The notes beneath the pieces are model-generated. The model was not told the origin of the DNA, made no database searches, and saw only the letters and a list, made by a program, of their open reading frames with translations. The position numbers and the translations under genes are program-made. Of a DNA stretch of 64,000 nucleotides, positions 1-15,389 are shown piece after piece (within the stretch, counting starts at the first letter, position 1; each line of letters begins with the position of its first letter). Source of the DNA: the human T2T-CHM13v2.0 reference genome, Homo sapiens; NCBI RefSeq assembly GCF_009914755.1, contig NC_060931.1; one strand, given 5' to 3'.

Positions 1-410
1 ATTTTTCATTCTGAATGAAGTATTATTATCTATAGTTTTATTAAGTGAGTAAGGATGGATGTGTTACACCTGTACTTTGCTTTAGCTTCTATCATTGTTT
101 CCTCTGGTTGTATGAGAAATGCGTGGAAAGTAAATATAATTTTTACTTTGAACACATGGTTAAATCTATACAAAATACAATTGATAACCCATCTCTCTTT
201 TCCTGGTCCTTTTGTGATATAACTAGCGCTTCCCTTTTAAGAAAAGCGTGTAGGGTCCTCACGAATACCAGTTGTAAATGACATTTAAATTTCTGATCTG
301 GGAGTTAAAGGAAGAAATACTCAACATTGCTGCCACTTGGCACACCAGTCATGGTTGCTGTAGCTTGTGACGTGCATGAAGCTACCAAGCTGTTAGAAGA
401 TAGAGTTAGG

Positions 411-714
411 GGTCGGGAGCCGGTGGCTCACGCCTGTAATCCTAGCACTTTGTGAGGCCGTGGCAGGCAGATCATGAGGTCAGGAGTTCAAGACCAGCCT
501 GCCACCATGATGAAACCCTGTCTCTACTAAAAAATACAAAAATTAGCTGGGCATGGTGATGTGCACCTGTAATCGCAGCTACTCACGAGGCTGAGGCAGG
601 AGAATTGCTTGAACCCGGGAGGCAGAGGTTACCATGAATGGAGATTGCACCACCGCGCTCCAGCCTGGGTGACAGAGCGAGACTCCGACTCAAAAAAACA
701 AACAGACCAAAAAA
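411..714 (+). mobile_element. AluS
   Basis: Dimeric Alu with A-tail. TSD AAGATAGAGTTAGG at 397-410 and 715-728. Confidence 0.95.
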
Positions 715-1871
715 AAGATAGAGTTAGGGGAAAATTTGAGAAATCAGCAGTTAGGTGTGAATAAAGTATGTTCAGGAAATAGAAAGGACCAGCCTTCCAT
801 ACAGCATTTACACTCTCAATACTTTTGCTACAGAGATTTTGTCAATTATTATACATTGCAACTTCACTATGTGTATATTTGTTTTATGTTTTGTTACATA
901 TTTTAATTTCGCTATCAACATTATTAGCTGAAATGAGCTCACAAACAAGTGTGAATGTGAATTTTAAAAATGAGTGCTCTACTTCTGTCTCCCAAGCGAA
1001 TTGATAATGAATATGTAACTTGAACAAAATGTTTGTCGATATTCATTATTCATCAGGGGGACAGAGTAAAATCACAGACGAACACTGAAGACACAATGCT
1101 GTTAAAGAAGCAGCAGTTTCTACTTTAAAATTTAGTTATTATTGACCAAAACAAAACAAAAATAAAAACTAAAACCAAAAGGAACAATTTAAGAAGTGCA
1201 GTTGCAGAGGGTGCATTTATGTAACACTCCATGAAGCATTACTTTTTATTTAGATAAAATGACTACGATTAAAAATTTTGTAAATCAATTTTCAGTTTCT
1301 GGTATTACTTTTAAAAGTTCAGGAGTGACGTAATAATTCTTCTTTCTTGACTCCATTAGTATCATTTCTTGCTAATGATACAGTGTCCTTAATTGCTTCA
1401 AACAGAAAAATCACTAAATTCTAATGATTATTCTATATTTTTCATTCAATTTATGGAATCAAAGCAAAATTTTTGTAAATAAAGTTGCCCCCCCCCCAAA
1501 AAAAAAAAAGCAGGGTGTTATTGTGAAAGCTATTTGTTATAAATTTTGGTAAAAGTGTAACACTGATAATAAAATCATTTGGTTTTGCATTGATATACAA
1601 ATCTAAAGTTCGGTGGAACATCTTATAGAGCAGGAATGTACTTAGCATTACGTATGGAGCACACAATTTTTATAAATAGCTTAAGATTTAATTATGAAGT
1701 TAATGACATTTAATAACTCTTAAAAACCTAAACAAGCTTGATATTCTACCAATGAAAATCTAAGCTACTGTCAAAATTTTAAAACTCTTTACATAAACAT
1801 AGAGTAAATAAAATACACTGTTTTAGATATGTGACAGGTGAGGACAGTTAAAAAACAAAAAAGAAACTTCA

Positions 1872-2217
<346 letters not shown>

Positions 2218-2670
2218 TTATCAACCATACTTTAGGAATGTTTGAACATCTATAGTAATATTGAACCATTTTGCAAATTAGCTTTCTGAATTTTTATATT
2301 TTTCCAATTAGTTAGAAATCAAAAATATTCAATAAGTGGACCTCTGACCCCATGTATGAAAGAGTAACTGCTATCGAAGTTGCCCTTTGATCAGAAACAA
2401 GAGAAAACTATATACAGATAGAGATAGAGAGATATATGATACAGAGAGAGAGAAAAAGATATCTAATGTTCCATACATATATGGAACACTGTCTTTCTTT
2501 CAGACATTGGCCTGCAGGCAATGAAGAAACAAAATGAGTACCGCAGATTCCAGGGTAACTGACTAGAGGAAGTTTCCAGGCTGCAGCATAGAGAAGAAGA
2601 ACCCAAATAGGGTCCAGTGGTATTACTGAGTTGAGAATAAAGCCATCAAAGTTACAGAATCACTTTATCC

Positions 2671-3105
<435 letters not shown>

Positions 3106-6100
3106 TTAATGTTTCATTTGAATAATTTTCTTTACATATATAAGGTGAAACTCCATAAAGCTGAGGAACTAACCAACGAAAAGTAGCAGGTTAAACAATT
3201 CAAGGAGTTCACAGAACTGGGAATAGTTTGCATTAGCCGGAGTGGAGAGATCTTATAATACACAAGGCATCAAACAGAGACATCAAAATGGTATCATCTT
3301 AGTTATAGGACTAAATTAGCCTTACATTAAAGGCTACATTTTAGCCATCCTAACACAGTGTACAAGTGAGCCTCAAAAGTACTTTGCTAATTGTGAGTAA
3401 CTTAACTTCATGCTAAAACAAAGTCCAATACTCTCTCAAATAATATGACAAAATCCAATAGCCAAAAAATGTTCAAATTACCAATGTCAGGCATCCAAAT
3501 GAAAATTACTAGGCATGCAAAAATGTAGGAAAGGGATCACAAGGCAAATCAATAAACAGAAACTGACTCAGAATGTTAAAAATGTACTTCCAATATGAAG
3601 AGGAAAGAGTAAACATAATGAAGAGATAAATTAAAAAGATAAAAACCATGCAAATTGACATTTTAGAGAAAAAAAAATACAGCATTTGATATTTTTAAAA
3701 GTCCGAACTTTGGATGGATTAATGGCATATTATGCAGTACAGAAGAAGAAAATTAGTGAAGTTGAAGACATAGCAGCATCTGAATTTGGTAAAATTTTGA
3801 AGAGTCAAAAACAACGAAAACTTTTTGACATTTAACTTATTTGTGTTACATAAAATGTTTGCCAAAGTGGAGTATGCTGAAAGGAGATAAAAGACAGTAA
3901 CCATGAGACATTTGGAATAAAATAGTTACTCATTTCAGTATTTTAAAAATTAAAAGTGAAGATATTCTGCTTTTAGCAGAAATTGTTCTGAGCTTACCAG
4001 GTAGCACCATAGTTGTAGAGACTATTTCTCAATGAAAAATATTGCAGTATCTTGAGAAGGATAAATTAAAAATGCTAAAAATTTCAAACTTATTAACCAT
4101 ACAATTAAGTTTTCAAGATTATAGGCAATTCTATCAAAAAGCCTAAAGTATTTAGACCCCGTTGAAACAAAAAATACATTTTTCATAAGAATATCAGTAT
4201 ATTGTATCAGTGAGTGATAGAGCTACAAAACTGATTAACATGTGTGATATTCAGCAGGAATAATAATTCTGCTTGTGTTATTTTCTAAGGTTCAGATAAT
4301 CAATATAAAGAAGAAGCTGGTAGCTATGCTTTGACAAACATGAATTATGCAATTTTTATTTTTTGAAATGAATTTTAGTTGTAACAATAAATTTTGAATA
4401 GGACTATTTTATAGGCCAACTGATAAAAATAATTTCTTGGCCAACAAATATTTCCAAAACATATAATTTTTATTTTTATCCCCATTTAGCCTCAAAATAG
4501 CCCCAATTTAGATGAAAAATTACCTGGTCACTCAATTTATGCACCAATTTTCAATGTGTCTTTATTTTTGCATTTAAACAATGTTTTGGATCATGCCAAA
4601 GTTCTCTATTTAACTAAAAAATTTATCTTAAAAACGTATTAAGTTTTAGAAAATCCATAGACCTCCTTGTAAGCCCCAGGTGTTAATAATTTCTGTGGTT
4701 GAAGGAGATAGCAAGAGGTTAAGATTAGCAGCAGCTTATTTTCCTATGAGAACCCGGTGTGTAAAGATGAAAGGCAACATCATTCAAATGGAAAAAAGGT
4801 AAAAAAAAGCAAATTTGAGAAGGAGTGACAGCTCTAAGGCTCCAAAATGATGATGGAATGAGGGATTTCTGGGGTCAGGAAGTTTTCAAAGTAGCAAAGG
4901 GGTTTGAATTGAGAAAACTTTTGGTAGATAGGTGACTTGTGTAACACAGATTTTCATGAGTCAACAACTGCCTATTTTTCCAAATTGTCCATTTCCAAGA
5001 ACAATCTGGTTTATACTGAAGTCTGTTTACAGAGTACCTGCAGGATGCCCTCTCCTGGGTCTTGTGTAACCCAGTGAAACCCCATCTATGGCCCTCACCT
5101 CTAACTCTTGACTCTCTACATTCCATTCTATACTTTTTATCTTTATTGTAGATTCATTATTTGTGTTACTTTTGCCAGAAAAAAACAAAAACACAGAATG
5201 GTGAAGGCTGGATAGTCCTTAAAAAGTCCTGAAAAGTGGGACAATTTACATAGTGGGAAAAATGAATAAGGATAGAGGATATGACTGAAGAGGGAGTGTG
5301 CATGTCCAATTTTAATGGAAAACTCTTCTCTTTTGCCAGTTGCATAGCCATAGGAGAGCAACCCAGTTGTGGCTCATTACTAATATTTGACTTTATGAAT
5401 AACAGCTCCTGAAAACCCTAGCAGTCAACCTTTGTTCATTTCTCGTATGTGATAATGGTGATATTATTCCTATGCCAATAGATATGACTTTCTTGCACAT
5501 CTGTTTCTGTAATGGAAGAAAAGACCCTACACATCACATGAAAATATAACCCATAAATTATGGGGTTTGAATTGTCTGCATATTGCACAGACGGTGCTGT
5601 ACCCACTTCCATTTCAATTATTCTCCTCTATGAATAGAGATAGTCGTCTATAAATGCATTATTAATGTAGAATATTTCCCTTGTTTTTATAGACTTTGCC
5701 AGAGGCCAAATATAATTTAAAGTTTTGGGTTATTTCTGAGTCAGGAAACTCATACATGTGGATAAAAGCCAAACTTCTAATATTTAATCTTAACTTAGCA
5801 GGATATTTTATACACATTCAATTTTATCCAAAAAGGTCTCAACTATTTTAAATCCTTCCTAGTACTGACATACATATGGGCCAAAATTTAAAGGATCATT
5901 GTCAGTCATTCTTCTTAAAGACTGCTATTAACCATGCATACCTTCTGTCCTGATTGTGTTATGGAAGTAAAGATGTTTGTTTGTGGCCTAGACCTCTCCT
6001 GTTGAGAAATAAGACCCAATGCTTGGTAATTAAAGCCCTTGCTTATTCTAAATGTGCATATTATGTGCAAAGAATGTTTGCTGACCTCTTCAAGAGTTCA

Positions 6101-6302
6101 TAGGCTCATAGAAAAGAAAAGGTTTTCTGCCATAGCAAATTTATTGTAACATCCAAGATTGATATGTAACATGAGATCAGAAGGACCACGATAAGTGAGA
6201 ATGAGAGCAGGAATAAAACTTTCATAGCATTAAGCCTACCACTATTATTTATAAATGTGGAAGTTGTGCTCCATTGTGATCCAGTGACTTCTTCCGGATT
6301 AG

Positions 6303-6701
<399 letters not shown>

Positions 6702-7474
6702 TAGCCGTGTCTCCAGTTTTATGATAGCCTCAATAATTTACCTGGTAAAAGGTACTTGCAATAGTGCAATTTTATGAGAAATTAAGAGTAGAGTGAACTA
6801 GTTTCAACATGATTGTCTCACACTGTCCAAATAAACCACAAAGTCTAGAAAATGTGTGTCAACTGAATCACATATCTTAAAGTACAAGGGTAATGTATCA
6901 TTTCCAAAGATTATTTCTTTAGTAAGTAATCTGCAATATACATAATTCTTTTAAGCTGAGAATTTTATAATTGAGCTTTTTGGTATTTTCATGTCTACTG
7001 GAAGGTGGGTGGAGGACAGCAGAGTGCAGAGGAAGAGGCAATTTAAAATTAGTGCTGAGTAAGGATTTTAGCTCCTCTGCCTATTAGCCATGTGATCTTC
7101 AAAAACACTACCAGACATTGCCTAAATAGTTGTCACCAGGGTTAAATAAAATTACAAATTATAAATGTAGAAACACCGAGCACAGTCTTGGCACATATTT
7201 AGTTCTCAATAATGCTAGTTTGTCTTTCCTCTAGTCTTTATAATTTGACCCATAAGCCACTAGCCACATGTAGTGTGTTTGTCAGAGTCCCCATGTTAGC
7301 CACCATAGAAAACAAGAAAAGGATGTCATAAGGCATCACTAGCTTTGTAAATGTCATCTGCTAAAATAACGTTTAATAATAATATTTTATGTAACTCATT
7401 ACAATATATGTACTTATAGATGGTATATGGAATTTTCAACTTGGGTAATACTACAATAACATTAACTTGAAAGT

Positions 7475-7621
7475 AAGTTTAATAGTAGCGGACACCCATG
7501 TCAACAGGTCTTGTTGACATGGAAAGTGGGTGGTGAGACTGAATTTCCTCCCCTAATGTGACATCTGTTCCTTCGTGAAACAGTAAGATAAAGAAAGGCC
7601 AATCATGAAATATTAGAGCTG
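7475..7621 (+). repeat. Local direct duplication, copy A (~145 bp)
   Basis: Aligns with 8598-8742, sharing cctaatgtgacatctgttcc...tgaaacagtaaga...ttagagctg. Confidence 0.85.
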
Positions 7622-7749
7622 GATAGTATTTGGCATTGTGATCTAGCGAAACTAGGCCCTGGGAATGGAACTGTCAATTCAGAAATAACTTTCAAAGTTG
7701 AGAGATGTAGGGTAGGCCAAAGATACATTTTCAACCTCCCAAATCTCTC

Positions 7750-8520
7750 TTAGTGTCTTCTCGTTTCGATTCTGTTACTTCGTTTTGGATTAGACATCAT
7801 GGTTTCCCACTTGGACTTTTGCCAAGATGTGAAATTGGTCTTCCTGCCCCCACTGTTATCACCTTCCAATCCATCACCCATAATCTCTCCAAAGGGATCT
7901 TTTAAAAACATAAGCCTGATTCTATACCTTGTCTGCCTAAAATGCCCCCTGATCATCCTCAGGTTGAAGTCCAGGATCATCAGAGTGTCATTCAAGAGTG
8001 TGTATTAATTAGCCCTTGCCTACCATAGCAGTCTCATCCATCCCACTCCAGACTCTTCCTATGTTCTAGTCATTCCCAGCAGTTGACGGTCACCCAGTAA
8101 AACACAGAGACTCCAGTCTCTGTATATTTGTATGTGCTGTTTCCCCTTCCAGGGATATCCCATGACCTCACTCTGCTGAAGATCAAGAAAAGATTTGGAA
8201 AGGCAATCAAGACATCAGGATGATCAACTATTAGGTTTTTAGGAGCACATTTGCACTCTAATTTCTAATGATCTTTCAAATACTCAGTCAAGTGTTATTT
8301 TTCCTGGCAAGTCTTCCCATACTTTTCCATCATCTTAAATACGTGTTCTACTTATTCCCGTTCAAGGTCACTGTGGGCATTTTACACACAGAATTGTAAT
8401 TCTTAACTAACAGGGCTGTCTCAACTGGACCATGCATTTCTTGGTGTTAGGGAAGCATCTTTGTGTCCTCGACATGTGGAAAAGCCTTAGCTTCTACAAA
8501 ATGTTAGTTTTTGGATTCAT
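7750..8520 (+). mobile_element. L2 3' fragment, interrupted by a 90-bp insert
   Basis: L2-like text (ccaaagggatcttttaaaaacataagcctgat; tgtgctgtttccccttccagg). Confidence 0.6.
8171..8260 (+). repeat. 90-bp direct repeat, copy 1 (87/90 identical to 12820-12909)
   Basis: ctctgctgaagatcaagaaaagatttggaaaggcaatcaagac...ggagcacatttgcactcta occurs twice, with 3 mismatches. Confidence 0.95.
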
Positions 8521-8597
8521 TGACAGAATTGTTATTGTTTGGTTCAAATTAAAAACTTTATGATTCTCAGACTTTGGTCAGAATAAGGGATCACAGC

Positions 8598-8742
8598 AAG
8601 TTAAATAGTAATGGACACCTATGTCAGATGGTCTTGTTGGCATGGGGAACAGATGGGGAGACTTAGTATCCTCTCCTAATGTGACATCTGTTCCTCTATG
8701 AAACAGTAAGAAATAAAGGCCACTCATAAAATGTTAGAGCTG
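8598..8742 (+). repeat. Local direct duplication, copy B
   Basis: Diverged copy of 7475-7621. Confidence 0.85.
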
Positions 8743-9795
8743 CAAGAGACTTGAGGCATCTCCCTATTTCAGAGACAGAAATAAAGTCCTGAAAAGCCTC
8801 ACTAATGTCATTGGGATGGCAGTGCTGGGTCCAGAACCCTGTTATCTTACTGCCCAATCCAGCGTTCATCCATTTGCCTTTTCCACTCAAACAAGGCTTT
8901 TTCTTCCAAGAAGTAAGCAAACACTGCATACCAAAGTTCTTGCCAACTAGTCAGGCTGCAGAGATAGTACTAACCTGGTGAGTCATGTCAGCACCTAGGG
9001 AGATTCTCCTGCTTTGATTTGGGGCTACTCATCATTTCACAAAAAAATAGCCTAAGGGCTGCAAGAAAGCCATTAACTATGCTCTTTCATATTTATCCCA
9101 TTGGCATGTTCTCATGAAATGACCTTCTATTTTCCTCTCTTTCTCCTTTCCTGCCTCAAAAAAAGAAACATCAGTATGACATATGGATGGGCTCCAACAT
9201 CAGCCAGTATATATATTAAAGTTTTAAGTCAATTATTGTTCTAGTACACACCCTGAGGTTGAGAAAGAAAGAACATCCAGGACTAACAAACCTGATTGTT
9301 CTGGCAAAGTTGCCATTCAATTCATGCTGGCATTTCTGGGCTTTTCTTTTTCTTTAATATTCCAACTTCATTTTCTTAAAGTTAATGATTCAAGTAGCAA
9401 TGTTTAACAGTACGATTCCATTCATGTTCTCTGTAAGAGTGCTGCCTCCTGGTCTCTTGTGGGTTTCCCAGGGAGCGTGAAGCCCGGAGTTTGCTTACTT
9501 AGTTGCAGAGACAGCTGTCAGTCTGAGGGTGAGTTCAGTAGGCCATGGATTATTCCTCACTTTATTGCTGTGTAAGCAAGAGGGAGACTCAGCTTGGGAA
9601 TATGGGCACTTCACAACTTGGCATTCTTATATTGAGAAAAAGACCCAATCATAACAGTTAAGAAACCAAATTACAACTGTGTATAACATGGGGAATTTTA
9701 ACTTAACAACTGCTCTGAGTTGGACGTATGTGAGTATTCTGATTATTACTGCTGTAATTACAATTCTTATGAAGTATGATGGATGTTTTTCCTAG

Positions 9796-9943
9796 GCAAG
9801 TATTGGAAGTCAGTAAGGATGGTGGCTGTGCCAAGGGGCTGTGCTCTGGCTGGTGCTCAGTTGCAAGAGGAGACAGAGACCGTTTCTGCCCTGGCCTCCC
9901 TAACAGTGGATGTGGAACAGCCCTTTGCTCAGGAAGACAGCAG
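9796..9943 (+). CDS. HDAC9: HDAC9 penultimate coding exon (148 nt, phase 1 to 2)
   Basis: Acceptor ttttcctag (AG 9794-9795), donor CAG|gtatga (GT 9944-9945). Translates (S)KYWKSVRMVAVPRGCALAGAQLQEETETVSALASLTVDVEQPFAQEDSR, the class IIa HDAC C-terminus (compare HDAC4 EEAETVTAMASLSV, HDAC5 EEAETVSAMALLSV). Confidence 0.96.
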
Positions 9944-11893
9944 GTATGAATCCAACGTGCGGGAATAATCCGGGTCAGTCATATCCAGGCTCATCGTTGA
10001 TATTTGTGAATCTTCCTCCTGGCTTTCCTTCACCTGTCTCCTCCACTTCCACCACCTGTCCTCTCCAAAGCCACAGATGCCACAGCACATGCTTTAGGCT
10101 ATCGAGAATTCATTGCTTCATTCTTCATGTGAAATGCAGAGCTGGAGCATGTGGTTGCAGTTCACAGAGAAATAGAGGGGATGAGATAAATGGTGAGAAA
10201 AATCACGCCTTATCAGATAATTGAGTGCAGATCGTTATGGAAAGAGCTGCTTGTGGGCTTAACTCCTTTTCCTAGTTATCTCTGTTTTTCCAGATGTTCT
10301 TTTTCTTTCTCTAATCATTTTGAAATTGCTGATATAACAAAGAGAAAGAGGAGAGTAGAAGATGGAAATAATGCTAGACCGTTGGATAGCCAAAATACAT
10401 ACACACTCCTTACGTGGCTGTCCTTGAGGTCCAACAACTGGATAAAGGGGGAAGTTGCCTGCAAAGGAGACAAGAGACTGTGTGTAAAGGACTGTGTGAA
10501 CTTGGGGCTGATTTTATTTCATTTTGGGATAGGACAGAATTGGTTTTAATGTATCTTCTTATGAATATAGATTTCTGGAGAAAAAATACAGTGAAACTAA
10601 GATTTGATTCACTTGTTCTCTTTTTAAGGAATGTTTGTCAGTTTGTGCATTTGGTGTTCATCATTCAGTTCTACAGAAAATGGTACATTCAGAATTTCTT
10701 TGAAGTCTACCAAAGCCACCATAAATGTACATAAATATTGGTGATTTCTATGGCTGACTTCAAGGTCACATTTCCTCAATTTAAAAATAAATCAGGTGAG
10801 GCTTTACTAAAGCTCTGCCAGCTTGCACTCTTAAATTGCTCCTGAGAAGGAAATCAGACTCCCTCCGTCAATAACATCACCATTAATTACGCAGATCCTG
10901 CTACTAGTGCACAGGTTGGCAATTTTCCCAAGAATGCACAAATACGAACAGTTCTACTTTCTTGCTTTTACTGGATACTCAGAGTTTAATGGATTTAACA
11001 TCTTGTTTTGGCCAAGAACAGGAGATAAAATGAATAAGAGATTTTATTTTTATGCAATTATTTTCTCTTACCATAACCACTTAAACAGCAGATTAGCAAT
11101 AAGGGGGAAAAGTTGTATATTACTCTATTGAAAGATAACTTTATATGAATATCTAGAGCATAAGGGAAAACTTACTTTACATCTTTGATAATAAGAACTA
11201 ACCCCCTGCCGTTCCCAGCTAAGAACTGAACCAAGTTCATAATCCAAAGGTGTTGCAATTATTCCGAAGGCCAAAAACAGTTAGTTGTCTGTCATCTGAG
11301 AGCCATAAAACTGAGGAAACTAACATCTGTTAGTGTTGGATATAAAAGGAGCATAGCTATTCTTTAGAATTTAATATAGAAAAACGAAGCTAAATTCCAA
11401 CCTGAGTGAAATGAATTGTAAATATTTTTGCCTGTTAAATTGCAGAGCTTAGAATAATTAACAATAATAAGTGATGTTATGAGCCTCAAGTAATATAAAA
11501 ATCTCAGCAGTTTGGCAGGAATTGGCCCTGTAGGCAAAGTTGTTTATCCTCAGGTAAATAGTGTGCTTGACTCATGGTAGTCTATAGAGATTTAACCTTG
11601 GCTTCAGTCCACAGTGATTTTTATTTTAAGCTTCATCTGATGGCAGAGAGAGAATGTGAATGTTCTGATGTGCAGGAAAGCAGAGTCAAAGAGTGTAGCC
11701 TGGTTTCATGTTCATTTATCACTTTTAGACAGATTATATCTATTGTGATTGATTTTTCTTGTGGGAAGAAAAATAGTTTTGCTTGAAATATTTCTGATGG
11801 CTTTGAACTGAACTCCCTTTTTCAGCAGAGGAAAAGAAGAATTCTTCTAGAACTGGCTCTTGCATTTCAATTGAACCATGCATGAATTTCCTC

Positions 11894-11908
11894 AGAGACA
11901 GACAGACA

Positions 11909-11960
<52 letters not shown>

Positions 11961-11970
11961 GAGAGAGAGA
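11894..11970. repeat. Compound microsatellite (GACA)n(CA)~22(GA)n
   Basis: Read directly. Confidence 0.95.
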
Positions 11971-12819
11971 ATGCTCTGAAAAGCCACAGAGCATTTACTC
12001 TTTTCAGGGGAATACTATCAGTATTGTCCCCCTACTCAAACAGGAAAGATGGCTTTCAAAATGAGATAAAGTGGCGGAAACGTTTCTGGGCTTTTCTTAT
12101 GAATGCAATATTATAAGCACACAGGAAATTGAAAAATTAGAAAAATCAGAGAGCTAAATGGATGGAAAAGAGTGAAGGCAAGATTCCTTTTATAGGAAAT
12201 TCTTGCCAGTTATTTTGGAGAACATATTGGTGTTTGGAGTGAGATGACTCATTTCATACTAAGATTTTGGGTAAAGCAGCTCTTTTCCTGGCCAACTCAT
12301 ATCTGACTCATTTACCACTAGTGAATAAGGGATAAAATGCTCCTGGCTAAGAACCATTGTAAGTATTTTTTGTTCGTTTTTCTTGGATGGGGGAGGGGAT
12401 GACAACACAGTGCAGATAGTCATTTCGTTTTTATAACTACATTGATGGGCCTTGAAGAATAAATTACTAGGAAAAGGCTGATATGTGGGAATTCCTTTTG
12501 GGGATAGTTAATTTTCAAACATAACACATACTTTTCTGGGGGCAAAAGACTTGATCAAAAAAATGATTGATGGGTCAACAAAACAAAACAACACAAAAAA
12601 TCTTGAAGGGATCCAAGTTATATAGTCAAAGAAAATTAAATATATACGTCTGGTCACATATAGCATACTACTTAGAAGCAAGAAGTTTTCTTATTGTTTG
12701 CTAGGAATGTGTACCTTTAAACAATTGTAGTTTGCATTTGTTGACTATCTGTTTCAAAATGCTTCTACTTTGGAAAGGTCAGTACAGTACTCAGGTTTAC
12801 TCTTGGATATCAGTTCAGG

Positions 12820-12909
12820 CTCTGCTGAAGATCAAGAAAAGATTTGGAAAGGCAATCAAGACTTCAAGATGATCAACTGTTAGGTTTTTAGGAGCACATT
12901 TGCACTCTA
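12820..12909 (+). repeat. 90-bp direct repeat, copy 2 (probable donor)
   Basis: Same sequence as 8171-8260, here embedded in unique intronic DNA. Confidence 0.95.
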
Positions 12910-13536
12910 GAATGCCTAACTTGGTGACTTTGTGTGTGTGTGTTTTTTTTTTAACTAACACAAAAACCAAACAAACTTGAAAGTTAGATTTGCAGTTGTC
13001 ATTTTGACCTGTAAATCGTGTTACATTTTTTTTTAACAAAATCCAGAATAGTTGTCTCTTTAATCATTTAACTTTCAACTTTTGGCAACCTTTCTCATGA
13101 ACGTGATGGTTTCATGTCATTAGATAATACAGAAACATGAGAAAACATATTATTCAAAGTCTGACCACTTTGTTTTTTGGGTAACTATCTAGTTTGTGAA
13201 TATAACAGTGTAATAATCAGCTAAATCCAAGTATCATCTACCTGAGCTTTGAATGGCTTATCAATAGTTCCAATGACATCAAAAACCCCATTTTCCTGAA
13301 TCTTAAGATTTATATAGAAATATAGACCATTATTAAATATACATTCATATCTAATGTACTTAGAAACATGATTTTCCTCAAATAGCCCATCCCAATGGGA
13401 TTGTGTCTCCAAAGGCTTCTAGAAGCTAAATGTTGCACAAATTATTCACCCCTCTTATTTTATTCTATGATACCATTATGTTAAGTACTTGTTTAGGTAA
13501 CTAAGAACTTATTTAGACAACTTAGATAACTAAGTA

Positions 13537-13970
13537 TGTGCGTTAGGCTGTTCTTGCATTGCTATTATATAAATAGCTGCGAATGGGTAATTTATAAAGA
13601 AAAGAGATTTAATTAGCTCACAGTTCCACAGGACTTTCAGGAAGCAAGTTCCTGGCATCTGCTTGGCTTCTCCAGAGGCCTCAGGAAGCTTAAAATCATG
13701 GAGGAAGGTGATTGGGGAGCGGGTACATCACATGGCAAAAGCAGAAGCAAACAAGAGAGAGAGTGGAGGGGAAGGTGCCACACACTTTTAAACAGCCAGA
13801 TCCCATGTGAGCTCAGAGCAAGAGCTTACTTATCACCATGGAGATGGTGCAAGCCATTCATGAGGGATCTGCCTCCATGATCCAAACACCTCTCATGAGG
13901 CCCCACCTCCCACACTGGGGATTATATTTCAAAATGAGATTTGGGCAGGAACATTTATCCAAACTATATT
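13537..13970 (-). mobile_element. MaLR solo LTR (MST-like)
   Basis: gggtaatttataaagaaaagag...ggcctcaggaagctt...atccaaactatatta. Confidence 0.85.
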
Positions 13971-14515
13971 AGCAGGCAAATTTTTCAATATAAATTTTGT
14001 TTTTAATTTTCATCCAGTGTCAACAAAGCCTTAGCTGAAAATTGAGGTGAGATTTGGAAGCTCCTGGTAAAAAGAAAAATCTGCCCCCTCTTCATTTATC
14101 TTTCCTCCTCTTCCCAGGGCCATCATTTTATCTCTATTTTCCCAACGTGTCTAACATGTGGTCTTGAGGTGCATGTGAAGTCTGACTTAGAACATTAGGG
14201 ATGTTCTAATCCTCCAATGCCCAGTTATGTATTTTGGGGTTCAGTTCTGTATTATTTACAAAACAGTGTTTACTTTGAAAAAAGAAACAAAATTGAATAG
14301 AAACGTATATAAAATAAGATGCATAATTTAGCTTCCCATCTCATCTTTTTCTTCACTCCTTCAATCCTATCCTCTTACCACTACAGAGGAAGAGTAGAGC
14401 TTGCCTCTAGAGTCTCCACACTTCACAGTTGTTTGCTCAAGGGCAAGTTACTTAATCTCTCTGAGTTTAATTTTCCTCATCTTTAAAATGAGAGAAAAAT
14501 TTCATAGAGTTGTGA

Positions 14516-15117
<602 letters not shown>

Positions 15118-15389
15118 TGTTTCTTCTTTTAATATATTGGCCATCATTCAGTAATCTATAATATAAGAATATAGAGCCTATACTTGGGCATCTATACCTT
15201 TAGCTGTTCATAGGTTAAATCAATCAGGACTATCCTCCAACCAGCAGAATGAGGAAGAAGAACATGTGAAAATATCAAGTTCATTCACTCTTTCAACACT
15301 TTCTGATTATTTCTAGGAGCCAGATAAAGTGTTAGGGGCCAGGATCACAAAGCTGCCTTGTACTCCTCAAAACGTTCACATACCTTTTT

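Noticed and set aside
2467-2488. Hairpin TGTTCCATA-cata-TATGGAACA as a miRNA or terminator
   Set aside because: A 9-bp stem in low-complexity TA/GA repeat context, too short for a pre-miRNA.
9783-9968. Stand-alone 61-aa gene
   Set aside because: The ATG lies in the acceptor tract. The ORF is the HDAC9 internal exon plus intron flanks.
9910-10734. Chain of overlapping 104-119 aa ORFs after the exon
   Set aside because: No recognisable domain or splice-compatible structure. Compatible with chance.
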